From the NCBI GenBank assembly GCA_010093705.1, contig MU006090.1, positions 1,267,817 through 1,331,816 on the forward strand: a DNA stretch of 64,000 bases, given 5' to 3'. The translations under genes and the position numbers were made by a program. This document shows, in pieces, positions 35,328 through 48,128 of the stretch. Origin of the DNA: Patellaria atrata CBS 101060. Taxonomy: Eukaryota. Below the pieces are notes generated by a model. That model worked only from the letters and a program-made list of their open reading frames with translations, made no database searches and was not told where the DNA came from. Every line of letters starts with the position of its first letter. Position 1 is the first letter of the stretch.

Positions 35328-35933
35328 ATGGTGAGAATGCACTATAATCTAGATTGGAGCTTTAGGACAATTGCTGATTAGATGGTGGGGAAACAGTCGT
35401 CCGGAAAAGTCAAAGCAGGCCAGCTCTGGGGCAAGTCGAAGGAAGACCTCAAGAAGCAACTCGACGACCTAAAAACCGAGCTTGTCACTCTACGAACGCA
35501 AAAGATCTCCGGTGGTGCCGCTTCGAAACTCACAAAGATGTAAATATCCCCAAATCCTGCAAGCGAAAAAGCCCCCGAATAAATTCCACATTGAGAACCT
35601 TATCACACGACACCTTCATCCACAACTACAAGCACGCTCTGAACTCTTCCTGCGGATATCGGATTAGATAGAATGCTAATGGTGTGATTTTACAGTCACG
35701 ACGTCCGCAAATCCATTGCCCGCGTCCTCACCATCATAAACGCCAACCAACGCGCACAACTCCGACTCTTCTATAAGGGCAAGAAGTACACCCCATTAGA
35801 CCTGCGTCCAAAGCAAACTCGCGCTATTCGTCGCCGTCTCAGCAAGCACGAATCATCCCTCGTCAGCGAGAAGCAAAAGAAGAAGCGAACGCACTTCCCG
35901 CAGCGGAATTTCGCCGTAAAGGCTGCTGCATGA
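35328..35933 (+). CDS. RPL35: 60S ribosomal protein uL29 (L35); 3 exons, first coding exon is the ATG only
   Basis: [97 protein letters not shown]...[12 protein letters not shown]. Absent from the ORF track. Confidence 0.97.
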
Positions 35934-36234
35934 GGAAGACTGGACGGAGGGGTATGAGTGTGGAGGATATTGAAATGGGGAGGCAAAGAATTCCCATTGC
36001 ATTTTGCATTTCAGGTCGCTCTGATAAGAGGGGAAGCGATTTCGTCATCTTGGGTCCAAGGGCGTCCATTGTATCTTACACATCGAAAAAGAAATGCTCA
36101 TGATTGATAATTAAGGTCTCTCTCCACGTGATGTGATGCTTTTAACCCGCTTTCTTCGTGATCGTATAGCTCGGGCATGCATGGATATAGGTCTACAATA
36201 CTCTTACACACAAGCAAACTATACGATTGCACAA

Positions 36235-37311
36235 TTACAGGCCGACCGCCATTTCCTTCTTCACCTCTCCTTTTTGGATATTAGGCTCCTCCCTCACAAT
36301 ACCCTCTTGCTGCAAACCTGTCTTCTTAGATGCATCTACCGTCTTTCCCGCATCCTGCAGCAATGCCTTCAACCCCCTAACCAAAAACTCCTTCTCATCA
36401 TCTTGAGCATCCCCGCTGCCCGCCCATCTAATCTTACAATCTTGATCGATGAGATACACATACCCGACGAGCGGATTCAAATATCCAATATCCAACCTCA
36501 GCCGATCCGTAATCCCCTTCTTCAACATGAAATACTTATCATGCCTCTCCTTCTCCACTAAGCGTCTGATCCTCCCGGCCGACATCCTCAAAACGAGCCA
36601 CTTGACCCAATTCTCCTCCACATTGACATCAACCCTCTGCGTGACATCCCCATATTTCGCCAACAGCTCCTCGACCTCCGGATTCTGCCTCTCCCCCCTC
36701 CCTACAAACGTCCCCACCTGCTCATCCGCCCAATGCTGCGAGTACAAGCACAACACCGTAATCTTGCCCCTCAGCACAGGCGTCGTATCGCGCTTCTTCC
36801 CGCGCGACGCCAGCGTGACCCCGTGCAAGTTGGGGAAATACAGCGCATACGAGGAGCGGAAGATGCGCGGGTTCGCGAAGAACGACTTCCCCCGGTGGTG
36901 GCGCAGGTCGGCGTAGTCCTGGAAATAGCTCCGCGTCGCTTCACGTGCGAGCTTGTGCCGCTTCTCGCGGATCTCGTCTTCGCTCAGCTTCTTCCATACG
37001 ACTTCCTTCTCCCCTGTGTTTTGGCCGGCGCGCGGCGGGAATTGTTGGCCTATTGGCCGGCCGAGGACGGAGGGGGTGAAGTTGCCGCCTTGGGGCGTCG
37101 GGATTGGAGGGCGTGGACCGGGGTTTGGACGTAGGTCTTTGACTTTGCGGTTGGGTTTTGTGGGTTGGGCTGAGGTGGGAGAGGAGAACATTGGTGTGGA
37201 GGTGAGGAGACGTGCGTGTTGGAGAGATGTCCGGGAGGGACATTGAGGGTATGATGCTATTCGATAGCATGTCGAGAGAGTGGTTTGTAGGGGCTTTCGT
37301 GGTTGAAGCAT
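36235..37311 (-). CDS. ATP10: Mitochondrial ATP synthase assembly factor Atp10
   Basis: Presequence-like N-terminus, LGRPIG, GKSFFANPRIFR..ALYFPNLHGVTL, VNVEENWVK, VGYVYLIDQDCKIRWAGSG; upstream in-frame start at 37419 also possible. Confidence 0.92.
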   Translation of the reverse strand: MLQPRKPLQTTLSTCYRIASYPQCPSRTSLQHARLLTSTPMFSSPTSAQPTKPNRKVKDLRPNPGPRPPIPTPQGGNFTPSVLGRPIGQQFPPRAGQNTGEKEVVWKKLSEDEIREKRHKLAREATRSYFQDYADLRHHRGKSFFANPRIFRSSYALYFPNLHGVTLASRGKKRDTTPVLRGKITVLCLYSQHWADEQVGTFVGRGERQNPEVEELLAKYGDVTQRVDVNVEENWVKWLVLRMSAGRIRRLVEKERHDKYFMLKKGITDRLRLDIGYLNPLVGYVYLIDQDCKIRWAGSGDAQDDEKEFLVRGLKALLQDAGKTVDASKKTGLQQEGIVREEPNIQKGEVKKEMAVGL

Positions 37312-37538
37312 TGTTGTGGGTGATTTGATGAATATCTTATTACTCTTTTGGGGTGATGTTGCGGAGCTCGGGAGAGAAGTCTTGGAAATTTTGGGATGAC
37401 ATCGATAACAGAGATCCACCCCTCAGCTTTCAAACATCACCGCCAACATCAAGATTTTGATAACAGCGAATTATACTGGCTGAGCACGAAACTGGGAATC
37501 ATAAAAGACATATCAAAACCCCGAAAAAATATCCCCAA

Positions 37539-37991
37539 ATGTCCGCAGACGCCCTTCCAATAACCCCCGCTCGCTTCGCCGCTGCCCTCCCCGACCTCTC
37601 CCTCGCCTCCCTCTACGCCAAAGCTGCCGAACTACGAAACAGCATCGCACACCTACAATCCTCGAATTCCCAGTTAGAGCCCTTTGCGATCGATGGCGAC
37701 GTCGACTGCTATGAGGCCATACAGGAGAACAAGGTTGTGATTGAGAGGATGTTAGAAAGGATTGAGTTGCTGAAGAGGGAGGTTGAGGAGAGGGGAGTCA
37801 GGTGGGTTGAGCCGGGCGAGGGGAACAAGGAGGAGGATGTGAATGGGACCGCTGAGGGAGGGGATAGGGCGGCAGAGGGCCGCGAAGGAGGGGAGACGAG
37901 AGCGGATGGTGCGGGAGGGGCAAGAGAAAGGGAGCAGCGGCAGAATGGCGAGAGTCAGCAAAGGGAGGAGGATGATGGAGTATTCCTGTGA
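37539..37991 (+). CDS. Tma17/Adc17-like small coiled-coil protein
   Basis: PITPARFAAAL..LS...L.....ELRNSIAHLQSSN..L and AIQENKVVIERMLERIELLKREVEERG resemble the Tma17/Adc17 pattern (recognised from memory). Confidence 0.65.
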   Translation: MSADALPITPARFAAALPDLSLASLYAKAAELRNSIAHLQSSNSQLEPFAIDGDVDCYEAIQENKVVIERMLERIELLKREVEERGVRWVEPGEGNKEEDVNGTAEGGDRAAEGREGGETRADGAGGAREREQRQNGESQQREEDDGVFL

Positions 37992-38677
37992 AGCTGAGAG
38001 ATGGCATCTCTGACTACACAGATCTTGTAAGAGCCTCAAATAAGGGGTGGATGAGCCCCGATTGTGTTCTACACTCTCCGGTCCAAACGAGGCGCGGCAG
38101 GAGAATCTTGATGATAAACGACAAAACAGGTGTGCTAGCTCAAAATCTAAACTGCAGAATGTCGCGACCTGCCATATTCAGGGAGAAGAAATGTTAGGTT
38201 CTCTGGAGCTGGGAATATCTTTCTGCATGTATGTATCTGCATTTCTAGACGGGAGCTCATTACTGACCTAATCTAGATGCACAACTGTCTCTCTCCTCGT
38301 GAATGCTTTGCTATTGGTTTCGTACCACCCGGTTACAGAGTTAGTAGTGACGACAAATTTCACAAAAGCAATACTTTGGCTTGTACTTAGGTAAGAATTG
38401 TTGATGGTTAGGGGTACAATTGGGGAGGGTTATAACTTACTAGAAATAATAACTATATCTTTCTGCCTATCACTAAATCCTGTGTTTCAACATTGCCTAA
38501 CAACTACTTCTAGTATATCGTCTCCAGTCATCCCAGCCACATCAACTTCCACCACGTCCTCATCCGCATTCAATAGAAGGTCAAAAAAGAGAAAAGAAAA
38601 AAAAAAACAACCATAAATATATAGAAAACCAAAAACAGAAAGTGCGGAGATTTCTCTTTTCATTTTTTTTTTAAAAT

Positions 38678-38799
38678 AAAAAGGTTTTTCCGCCGTCGTG
38701 ACTTAAGTTGGTGTTGACGGGATTCGAAATTAGACTGTAAGGAAATTGGATAGGATAGCCCACAAAGGAGAAACCGATAGCAACTGCACCACGGCGGAA
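38678..38799 (-). ncRNA. Candidate Pol III-type structured non-coding RNA (tRNA-like ends, long hairpin)
   Basis: 13-bp closing stem (38688-38700 with 38787-38799, one mismatch), A-box-like TGGTGCAGTTGC, B-box-like TTTCGAATCCC, T5 run just downstream on the minus strand; family not recognised. Confidence 0.5.
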
Positions 38800-39270
38800 C
38801 GGGAGAGCGGTCACTGCGAGGTGAATATAAAATAAGGACTTATCGCGGGATTGGGAAGTGAGGTGTGAGGAGGCTTTTCCTCCGTGGTTGTACGCTTTCT
38901 GTACACACAACGGGATACCTTGTTATTTCGCTATCCTTTCTTTCACGTGTCTATAGGGCTAAATCCAACCACTTATTTAATCATAGGCGGACGGGAAGAT
39001 AGTGACAACGTGATAATGGAGGGACTTCTATGTCTCTACAAGTTCTATTTTCATACAATATCATACCCCTATCCACATCTAAATGCCCCCTGCATCACTG
39101 CTTCATATCTCTAACCACACTGGGTATATCGGCCTCTCTCATCTCTCCCATGATAGCCACCTCTCACTTCCCCAGTAAATCCGTGCAAACCAAAACGCCG
39201 CCGCTATGTTCCATCGCATCATTAACAAAAGCTAGAATAACCAAAGGGTAGCCAACTAAATCGAAGATGC

Positions 39271-41593
39271 TTACAGCTCCCAAGCCCCATCCCCTTCTAT
39301 TTCAGCCTCTTTCCCGCTAAATTCCTTCTCAATATCCTCCGGATCAATCGTACTAACGAATGCTCGTCTAACGAATGTGAACCACACCTTAGTCCCCTTT
39401 CTATGTTTCTTATGCTTTTTCTTTTTCTTCTTCTTCTCTGCTTCCACGTTCTCATCCCCATCCGCTTCAGCTTGAGCCTCAGTATCGTCATTCCCGCTGT
39501 CATCACCACCGTCTTCCGCATTTGACTTTATTTGGTTATCGACCTTGAAAGCTCCAATCTTACTCGCCAACTCAATATAACTCCTCACTGTTAAATCCCT
39601 TAATCCATACACCTTATCCTTCCTGGTATCATACTCGACTTCAAATTTAAACGACTTTGGATGGTGTTTCTTATGCTTCCCCGGCTCCTTCCCGTGGTGT
39701 TTACCCTCCCTCCATCGCTGCCCAGTAAGCTCATTTTCGGCTTTGGACTCAGCTAGGTCGGAGAAGTTGGTTAAAGAGTACTCAGATGAGAAGTCAGGCT
39801 GAGGAGGGGTATTATGGAAGTCGTTATTGATGTATGTCAGATTGGCAAAATACTGAGTGTAACTGAGTAGGGAGAGTGTTTGGGGTGAGTAAGCGGGTCC
39901 GGGAGGTGAGGATTTGGTAGGTGGTGAGGGGACGATGAATTTGTGCTTCCTAGGTCTCTTTCCCTTCGGTCTAGAGTGCTTTTTTCTGTGGGCGAGGGAA
40001 TCCGGATCTTCGTCTATGTGAAGATCGTTCCGGTCGGCGTTCACGTTCCGCTGGATTAGAGGAGCTTGAGGTAATTTCGGAGATGATGCCAGGCGTGGTC
40101 GTGAAAGAATGACATCCTCGAGGCCGGTGACGTTGTATTCGAAGATGCGGTAGGTAGGGAAGTAATTTGGGACGACACTTGGTGAGACATGGGAGACGCT
40201 GTAGCGTTCGGCATGTTCGCCCCCGATCTTATCAAGAAACTTCTTTCTTCTCTCTCTTTTGCCACCTTTTCTAAAGTATTCAAGGAATGATTGCCAAGGC
40301 GATAAGACCTCCTTTTCGTGTAACTTTGGTGGGTCAGGGAGTTTGGACCATATCTTTCTAAGATCAAGGAGATAATCGCTTGCACTGGCAATAGATATCA
40401 TGTCCTCCTTAGGGGTACGCTCAGTTTTCAGTGTCAACCCGTCCCCAGGCATCATACCATCTCTAACCGACTTCTTGACTTTGTGGAAATCCTGTAACAT
40501 GAAGTGATCGATGTTCATGTGTCCGTAGAAAGTGCCAATGATAATGTCCCGATACTGGTGCATCCAAAGTGTATATTTCTGCCAGCAAGTTTCGTCCCAA
40601 CTCTTCTTATTCTTAGTCCTTGCTGGTGGTACATGGCCAATGAGCAAAGCCTTCATACCTCGGTCACGTAGAAACTGTAGCTGAATGCGCAGCCATTCCA
40701 TATGCTCATATCCGGGTTCTTTCCTATCTGCACATCCATCCGTTGCAGAGTTTGAATCGAAGAAATATCTGACCACGTCAGCATTAGACTACCTACACCT
40801 TCAGATGCCTACTCACAATGTGTTCAAACTAAAAATAGCCAGTTTGTCCGGAATAGCCTCGACATAAAACCATCCACCCCTAACAAACTGATGCCTCTGC
40901 TCCTCCGGAATAAAATTCTTCCAGATATGCAAATACTTCTCCGTCCACTTATTCGGCCCCTGCGAAAAGATATTGTGCGGCAAGATGTCATTGTTTCCAA
41001 ACGTCGGCACAATCGGCACGATGAAGTCATTCGTCGGATCTGTATCATTGATATTGTCCTGTTTGCCAAACACTCGTACAAACTGCTCGACTAGCATCTC
41101 ATTCTGCTCCACTACCTGTGTTTCGCTCCGTGGTATGTTTTCATCGTTATCATGCCGTGCCGAGTCACCGGTCCATAGGACGAAATCGATGCTGTCTTTG
41201 ACCTCCTTGTCTAACCAATCGAAGACGGCGTCGACTAGTTTGAGGGGAGTGTCGCAACTTGACGTCTCTGCGCCAAAGGCTCCTGCAGGGCCGGACCCTC
41301 GATGACAGGCATGGTTCGCATCGGTCGAGGAGTGTTTCTTGTAGTACGGATCCGGATGAACATCTAGAATACCCGTTGAGGTTAGATATGAAACTTTAAG
41401 AGATACCTTAAGTATAACTACCCGTGATGTGTAGAAATCTACCGTGCAACTTTCTCTCACCCCGCGTGCTCGAAGCTCCTGTATTTCCAACTCTGGTCCC
41501 TGACGTTGTTGGTGGCTCGCCAAAACCATCTCCAGCTGTAGCGCAAGTAGCGGTAGCCAGGTATAGAAGAGCTACCTCTGTTGCAAGCCGCAT
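39271..41593 (-). CDS. PPN1: Vacuolar endopolyphosphatase Ppn1; 3 exons
   Basis: Signal-like N-terminus, LHGRFLHIT|DVHPDPYY, FVLWTGDSARHDND, FGNNDILPHN, LLIGHVPP, YGHMNIDHF, SPSVVPNYFPTYRIFEY. Confidence 0.95.
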
Positions 41594-42271
41594 CTTCTAA
41601 ATAAACAGAAGAGATATACTTTCGTATGAGAGAAATGCACAATCAAAAAGGATCTGAAATGTCAGCAGCCATCAAGGTGTACAGTTAGCAGGTGTGTCAC
41701 TGTGACGCTAGCACGATGAGCACGAGTCGTCAATCGACTTGTGATTGGCCAACCTTTCGTCCGGAGAATCCTTTTGCACAATTATTCTGGCACTTTGAGG
41801 ATTTGAGGATAACATGGACATAGGTAGTAATGATTGTATATCAAAAGGACTTTAGCAAGACATCGTGGAGGAGAGGGTATTCAAAGTATAGATAATAGTC
41901 TTTTTTAACTACATCCCCTTTTTAACTATCGCACAGCTAAATACCGCGCTACGTAGCTATGGACAGAAAAGACAGAATGAACATGATGATATGTCTCGAA
42001 AGGCCAACTTCCAAACCTGGCTCTTCCTTGAACAATCAGCGCCGCCAAATGCTGAATGATGCACACGCTCTCCTATGGACCGGACATGTATATCCCAGAA
42101 AACTCCTCCCGATGTGTAGACGTGCCCACCTTACTTGTAGAAACCCAGGACCAAGACCTGGACCCAAAGACGCCGATGCTATGCTCAAATGCCAGAAACT
42201 CATGTCATACCGAAGAGCGAACACTTCTATGATGAATGCATGAAACATCAAGCGCTGCTAAAACTTTCATA

Positions 42272-45200
42272 CTACGCCCCTACTTTTGATGCAGCGGAGC
42301 TGCTTTGACCGTTGACGTTCGCTCCCTCGTTTTTATCCACTTTAACCCCTTCTTTCGCCATCAAGATATCATACATAGTCTTCAACTGACTTCCAGGAGT
42401 ACCTTTCTTAGGCCAATGCTTGCTAATATAATCCCTAAAGTACAGTTAGCACGAGATCATAGTAGCGAAGTGTCCTTCAACCTACCAATATTGGTCTTCT
42501 GATATGGAACTCCCCTCTCGAAGTCTACTCTTGATGTAGTTCCCGATGGTGATCATGCATTTCTTGAGAACCGTGAGCCGTTGCTTCTGATCCGGAATAC
42601 GCGCTTTCGATGCACGAGAGACCTCCTCTAGAGAGGCGCGAACCGGTTTGAAAACCCTTGCTAGATGATCGTCCATAGGGGATGACACAGTTATATTGGA
42701 ATTCGACCGGTGGTGTTGAGCATGGGAGTGTTTTGCTTCACCGTCAGCGCTAGGTTTACGCGAAAGTTCTGGAGAACCATGAGCTTGAACGCGGCGGTCC
42801 ACACTATGTCGATGTTCGCTGTGGCTTGAAGAGCGGTTTCGAATCTTATCATGCTCGTGAACTCTACGTATCGTGTTTGGGGCGGGGCTGGCGGAAACGC
42901 TGCCAGACTTTTCCGAACGCCGATGCGGATTGGCCCACTTCTTATTATTTCGATGGTGATTTTCAAGCGCCCTCTTTGCCGCGATGTTTGTGCCGTTACT
43001 TGTTTTATCCTTCAGAACACTTAAAAGATAATTTGCCCTACGGACAAGGTGCACAGCTCCTGGAGACTTCGCGTTCTTTTCTTCAGCCTTGCTGCGTTCC
43101 TCCTTTTTGTCTACGCGATGCTCTTCAAGGAAGAACTTATCAGTCATACCAAGCTCGGGGTCATCGCGGATAGCAGTCCAGGCACCGTAACCATGTTTCG
43201 AGATGCCCACGCAGAGCATGCCATCTTCTCGAGCACCCCAAGGGCATGAATAGTGCGCGGGTTTCGAAGCTTCGGGAATTCGAAAGTTGCGCCAATCAGG
43301 TGTTGCTTCAGTTACCTCTTTAAGCATTTTCATCTCCATGGTCCGCTCCACGATGGTCTCTGCATTAAGCCGTTTGACACCTTTCCAGTCAAACAAAACA
43401 GCTTTCTTGTCTTTCTTGGTAAGAGCCTTATTCGATTCTTTTACCATTGCTTCCATCCGCTCTTGGTCCTCTTTAAGGAGCTTCTGACTGTGTGTGATGA
43501 CTTCTCCTATAGTAGCTTTCAACAAGTCCAGATCCCGTCCGACCAATTTCGCATCTTTGATCATCTCCTCGCCACGTTCTTCGATTGATCCATACTTTTC
43601 ATGCGCTCTGATCAGGTTTCGGATTTCCTTCTCGCTCATTGGACGTTTGGGATCGTTGTCTGGGCCAGAATCGTCGTCGGATCCAGTGACGTCGGCAGCA
43701 TGTTCAGCTGCGAGATCACGAGCGCGCTTCTTAGCAGCTCTCTGTTCTCGTTCGTCATCACCCGCAGCTTTACGCTTCCGGGGAGCGTTCTGCTCGATAA
43801 CGGCTGCAAGGTATTTCTCATCGTCCTTGCGCTTCTCTTCTGCTTTGATGGCGTCAAGTTGATCCTTGGGGATTATGTCGTCCCATTCGAGATCAAGTTT
43901 GACATCGGTGTACTCGAAACTCTTAAGGAATTCTTCACCACCATCTGCAGTGATCCCTTCTGGTTGCTCTGTCTTGTGTTCCTCGGCGTTCTCAAGAACC
44001 GCATCAATATCTAATTCCTCTAAGCGCTTCTGATTGCCGCTTTGTTCGAACATTTTCTGTCCACGTCGCTTGAGGATACGAGATATGTCTTCAGCCGAGT
44101 TCGGTTCTGCAACACTGCGACCTGCTCTTGCGACACGGTCGGACAATTCTTTATCCGTGTCGGTAACACCGCGTTGGATGGTAATGAACTCAAGCATGAG
44201 TTTGTTCCGTGCACGTTCCAGGACCTCCTCTTCAACTGTATCTTTTGACACCAATCGATAAATGGTTACGGGGTTCTTCTGACCAATACGGTGGGCACGT
44301 GCCATTGCTTGCAAGTCAGCTTGCGGATTCCAATCAGAGTCGAATAAGATCACGGTATCAGCTGTCATCAAGTTGATACCAAGACCACCGGCACGTGTGG
44401 AAAGCAGAAAGCAGAAATCATTGCTGCCAGGAGCGTTGAAATGGTCGATAGCCATGCGGCGAGGTCCAGCGGCAATCGTACCATCTAGTCTCTGAAATTG
44501 ATATCCGCGAAGTTTGAGATAATCGGAAAGGATATCTAACATCTTGACCATTTGGCTGAAAATGAGAACCCGGTGGTTGTCTTTCTTTAGTTTCAACAGG
44601 AGCTGATCAAGGAGCATCATCTTCCCACTACTTGTGATCATCGATTTGAGCTGGTCGCTTCGTGAAGCATCCTCTCCAATTAATCTTTCTTCGGCGTTGG
44701 GGAACATATACGGGTGATTGCTCGCTTTCTTGAGTTCCATCATGATGTTCAGTAGGGAAGTTTTCTGACTCCCTTGGTTGAGGGCAGCATAATTCCTTGT
44801 GAGGATATTCTTATAGTATTCGAGCTGGACATCAGATAACTCTACGCGGATGATCTTTTCTGTCTTAGATGGTAGATCATTCTCCACTCTCTGCTTCGTA
44901 CGGCGGATCATATAAGGTTTGATGGCATTGGTGAGCTCCGCGATTTTCTGACTGGCAGACTCCGATTGAAGATCGATTTCCTCGTCCACGTTGATCTTGC
45001 CTGGCATTAAAAAGTCCATAAGGGCGGAGAGTTCTCCTAGCGTGTTCTGCATAGGAGTACCAGTAATGAGAAGGCGACTGGATGCATTGAAATCCAAAAG
45101 TCTGCCGTAAAGTTGAGAGTCACGATTTTTTAAACGATGGGCCTCATCAACAGCCAAAAATTGCCATTTCAGCCTTGACAACCAACTGTAATCCGACAGA

Positions 45201-47077
45201 ATATATTCATATGTAGTCAGTAAGGCGTTGAACCTAATCTTCTTGGGGTTGTCATCGACTAGTAGTTCATATTCTTGGATGATCTTCCGAGCTTCACCTT
45301 TGCCATTGTATACCACATAGTTGAGATCAGGAGTCCAATTGTTGAAAGTTTCTGCCCAGGCTGGCATTGTGGATAGAGGCACTACTACCAGGAAAGGTCC
45401 TTGTTGGCCTCGGTCATGACGCAGCCAGTTAAGGAACGACACGGTCTGTACAGTTTTACCCAGGCCCATCTCATCCGCTAGTATAACGTTCTCGCCTCTA
45501 CACCAATGATATGCAAGGAAATTTACGCCTTGGATCTGAAACTCCCGAAGATCACCATGTTTGATATAGGACGGTTGCGTCTTGAAGTTGGTGTATTTCG
45601 ACCGCGTAGCGAGGATAGATTCCTTAGCGTTAGACGTAGGCAGCTTCGAGGATCGGTCGAGGTAGCGGTCAATCTCTGTCTGGGCGAGTTCACTGACAAG
45701 TGGTTCTGCTTCCCAAGTACAAGAATCATAGAAGAGGCCTTTCCACTTGACATAATATTCTGTGCCTTCGTCACCGTCACGAGTGCCAATTACACGCTCG
45801 ATCTGCTGGTTTTCAAGAACAGAATCGGCTATTGTTTCTCGATCAAGAATCCACTTCTCTTTCTCCTCGGGAGGAACTTCAGGACTGTGTCGCATTTGCC
45901 AATCTCTCAACGCTATTTTACGAAAGTAATTCTCCAACCGCCGAAACCCACGATAAGAGGTGAGGTTCTCCCAAGTCTCCCAAGTTGCGTGATAGTGAGC
46001 ACGATCTTGCCATTTGATGAGGAACTCGAGATCATGCTTTGTAGGTTCCACCTCTTCGTCTGTATAGGTGTCCTTTGGGCGGTGGTGAAGAACTATATCA
46101 ATAGCAGGGGTAGTGTCATCAACCGCGTAAGACGCATAGTTAGGTGTGGCATAGGCCTCATCCTCTTCAAAGGAATCGCCGTCATCTTCGTTGTAGTTGG
46201 CTACTTTGGCAGCGCGTCGTGTGGAAAACCGGACCTCGGCTTGCGAAGGAGGTGCTAGGCCTGCTGCAACTTGGAGTTGCCGGCGCTTTTGCTTCTTCGT
46301 CGGAGCATTTCTGCGGGCACCGACGTATCCTTCGGAGTCGGAATCGGAGCCTGTACTTGAAGGAAGAGCCGGCGTAGGTCGTTGAGATGCTATAAGATAC
46401 TCCCGTCAATATATTATACTCGGTTCAGGGGTTAAGGGATGATCTACTTCTGGTAGGGGCCGTCGTCTTGCGTTTCTTACGGTTATGTCCTCCAACAGCA
46501 TCCGAGCCAGAATCTTCCTCATCGCTGCTTTCAACCTAAATGTATGTTAGTGAGATAATGACCTATGAAGAAAGGAGTACTGACAACTCGGCGGTTGGGT
46601 CTGGCACGTCCCTATCATGCGGAGTTAGTGATGAAGAGCTGTGTGGCAAGTGCGACCTACACTCCGCCTCAGTCCATAGAGCTCTGGATTCTGTAGCATG
46701 TAATCATCCCCTTCTACACTTGCTTTCCTCTTTGACGGTCTTTGTGACTCCGAGGACGACGACTCGTCCACTTGCGGGGTATCCGAAACGGCTGGCGGAG
46801 GAGATTCCACATCGTAATCGGCGTCCTCCTCTCCTTCAGCATCTTCATCCTGCGAAGACGGTGGTGTGCCCAAATCTTGTACATCGTTATCACCTGTCTG
46901 TCCTTGGCTCTCCGTCCTTGACGATGTGTTTTCGGCAAGGGCTACATCCCCAGCATCGGAGAGCTCACTTTCGCTGTGAGAAGGGGGTGCTACGCCGTTG
47001 GTAACGTGCGTAACGATAGATGGCTGATGGCCATTGGTTAAAGCATTGGGTGATCTTGGAGCGGGATGAGAGGCCAT
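42272..47077 (-). CDS. CHD1: Chromodomain SNF2 helicase Chd1/Hrp3; multi-exon including a 27-nt exon (46585-46611)
   Basis: NPELYGLRRS, two chromodomains, ILADEMGLGKT, VDEAHRLKN, FDSDWNPQADLQAMARAHRIGQ, SANT/SLIDE-like region PGAVHLVRRANYLL; last exon ends KVGA*. Confidence 0.97.
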
Positions 47078-48128
47078 GAGGATGGACCCGGCTAGTATCA
47101 GATGATGGTCAGCTTAAGAAGTTATGCCGTGGTGGACTCCAGCTTGTCAGAGAAAGTGTCATGATATCGGAACGGAAAGGCGACCCAAAATCAAAGGAAA
47201 GCGACTCATAACAATCTAATACACTGAAGTAAACAAGGTCCGACCGTAATATCAGACGCTTGATGGAATGAGAAGAGCAGTGATGAGAAGTCACTATGAG
47301 AGACAATGGGGTGAAAAGGAGGATAAAACGTTGACAGAACACTCTCCAGACTTTCTATAAGGCAGTATCATCTTTCTTATCAAGGAAAAGGGTATTTGAC
47401 AATGATATACATCGATCTGGGATGCGACCTGATGGACTTGATACAACTCGAAGCGGCACTGCACAAGACCGTTTGCCGGTGGCTTGAGGAGTGACAGAAC
47501 AGAAAATTCACTGTACTCACAGGCCATGGCTCAAAAGCCTTCGTAGGTTTGAGTTGCGGTATTGTGTCTAATATGTGTGGTGGGTAGGGTATGAAGGTGC
47601 GTGTGAGAGATGTTGAAGAGAGTGCTCGCTCACGGCTACGGATTCATCAAAGCGGCCAACGCAGGCGGAAGCGCAGCATACGCTAAACTCAATATTGACC
47701 GCCAAGAATTTTCAATGCCTCAGTCAAAACTCCAACTGCAATCCATGGATCACATTCAGGTTATTCAGACCATTGAATATTGTTATGGTCACGTGCAAAC
47801 CCCGTTCGACTTTATCTGGATGTGTTTCTCAATATGCGAACTGTGCCTTGACATTCATATCTTTGACTTAGTTCTCAATCCCTTGTCCTTTATGATTATA
47901 GGTTTATTTCTATATTTTATATCCCAAATACCTTAGACTCGGATTAAACATTTGGAGTGCTATGTTCATTCATGATACTCAGTTATAAGTGGGAATATCT
48001 TATTACTCACGAAGGATTTCATGTCAGAGAACCTTCTCAAAAAAGTCTAATATCACAAGTGGTCATTATCCAAGCTACTGTACTGTAATAAACAACTCTT
48101 TCTAACAATCATACCACGAGAAGCTCCC

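Noticed and set aside
35540..35695. Longer second intron of RPL35 as snoRNA host
   Set aside because: No C box (RTGATGA) or convincing H/ACA architecture seen.
38688..38799. Calling the structured element a bona fide tRNA
   Set aside because: No pairing T stem before the 3' acceptor strand and no anticodon arm; kept only as an ncRNA candidate.
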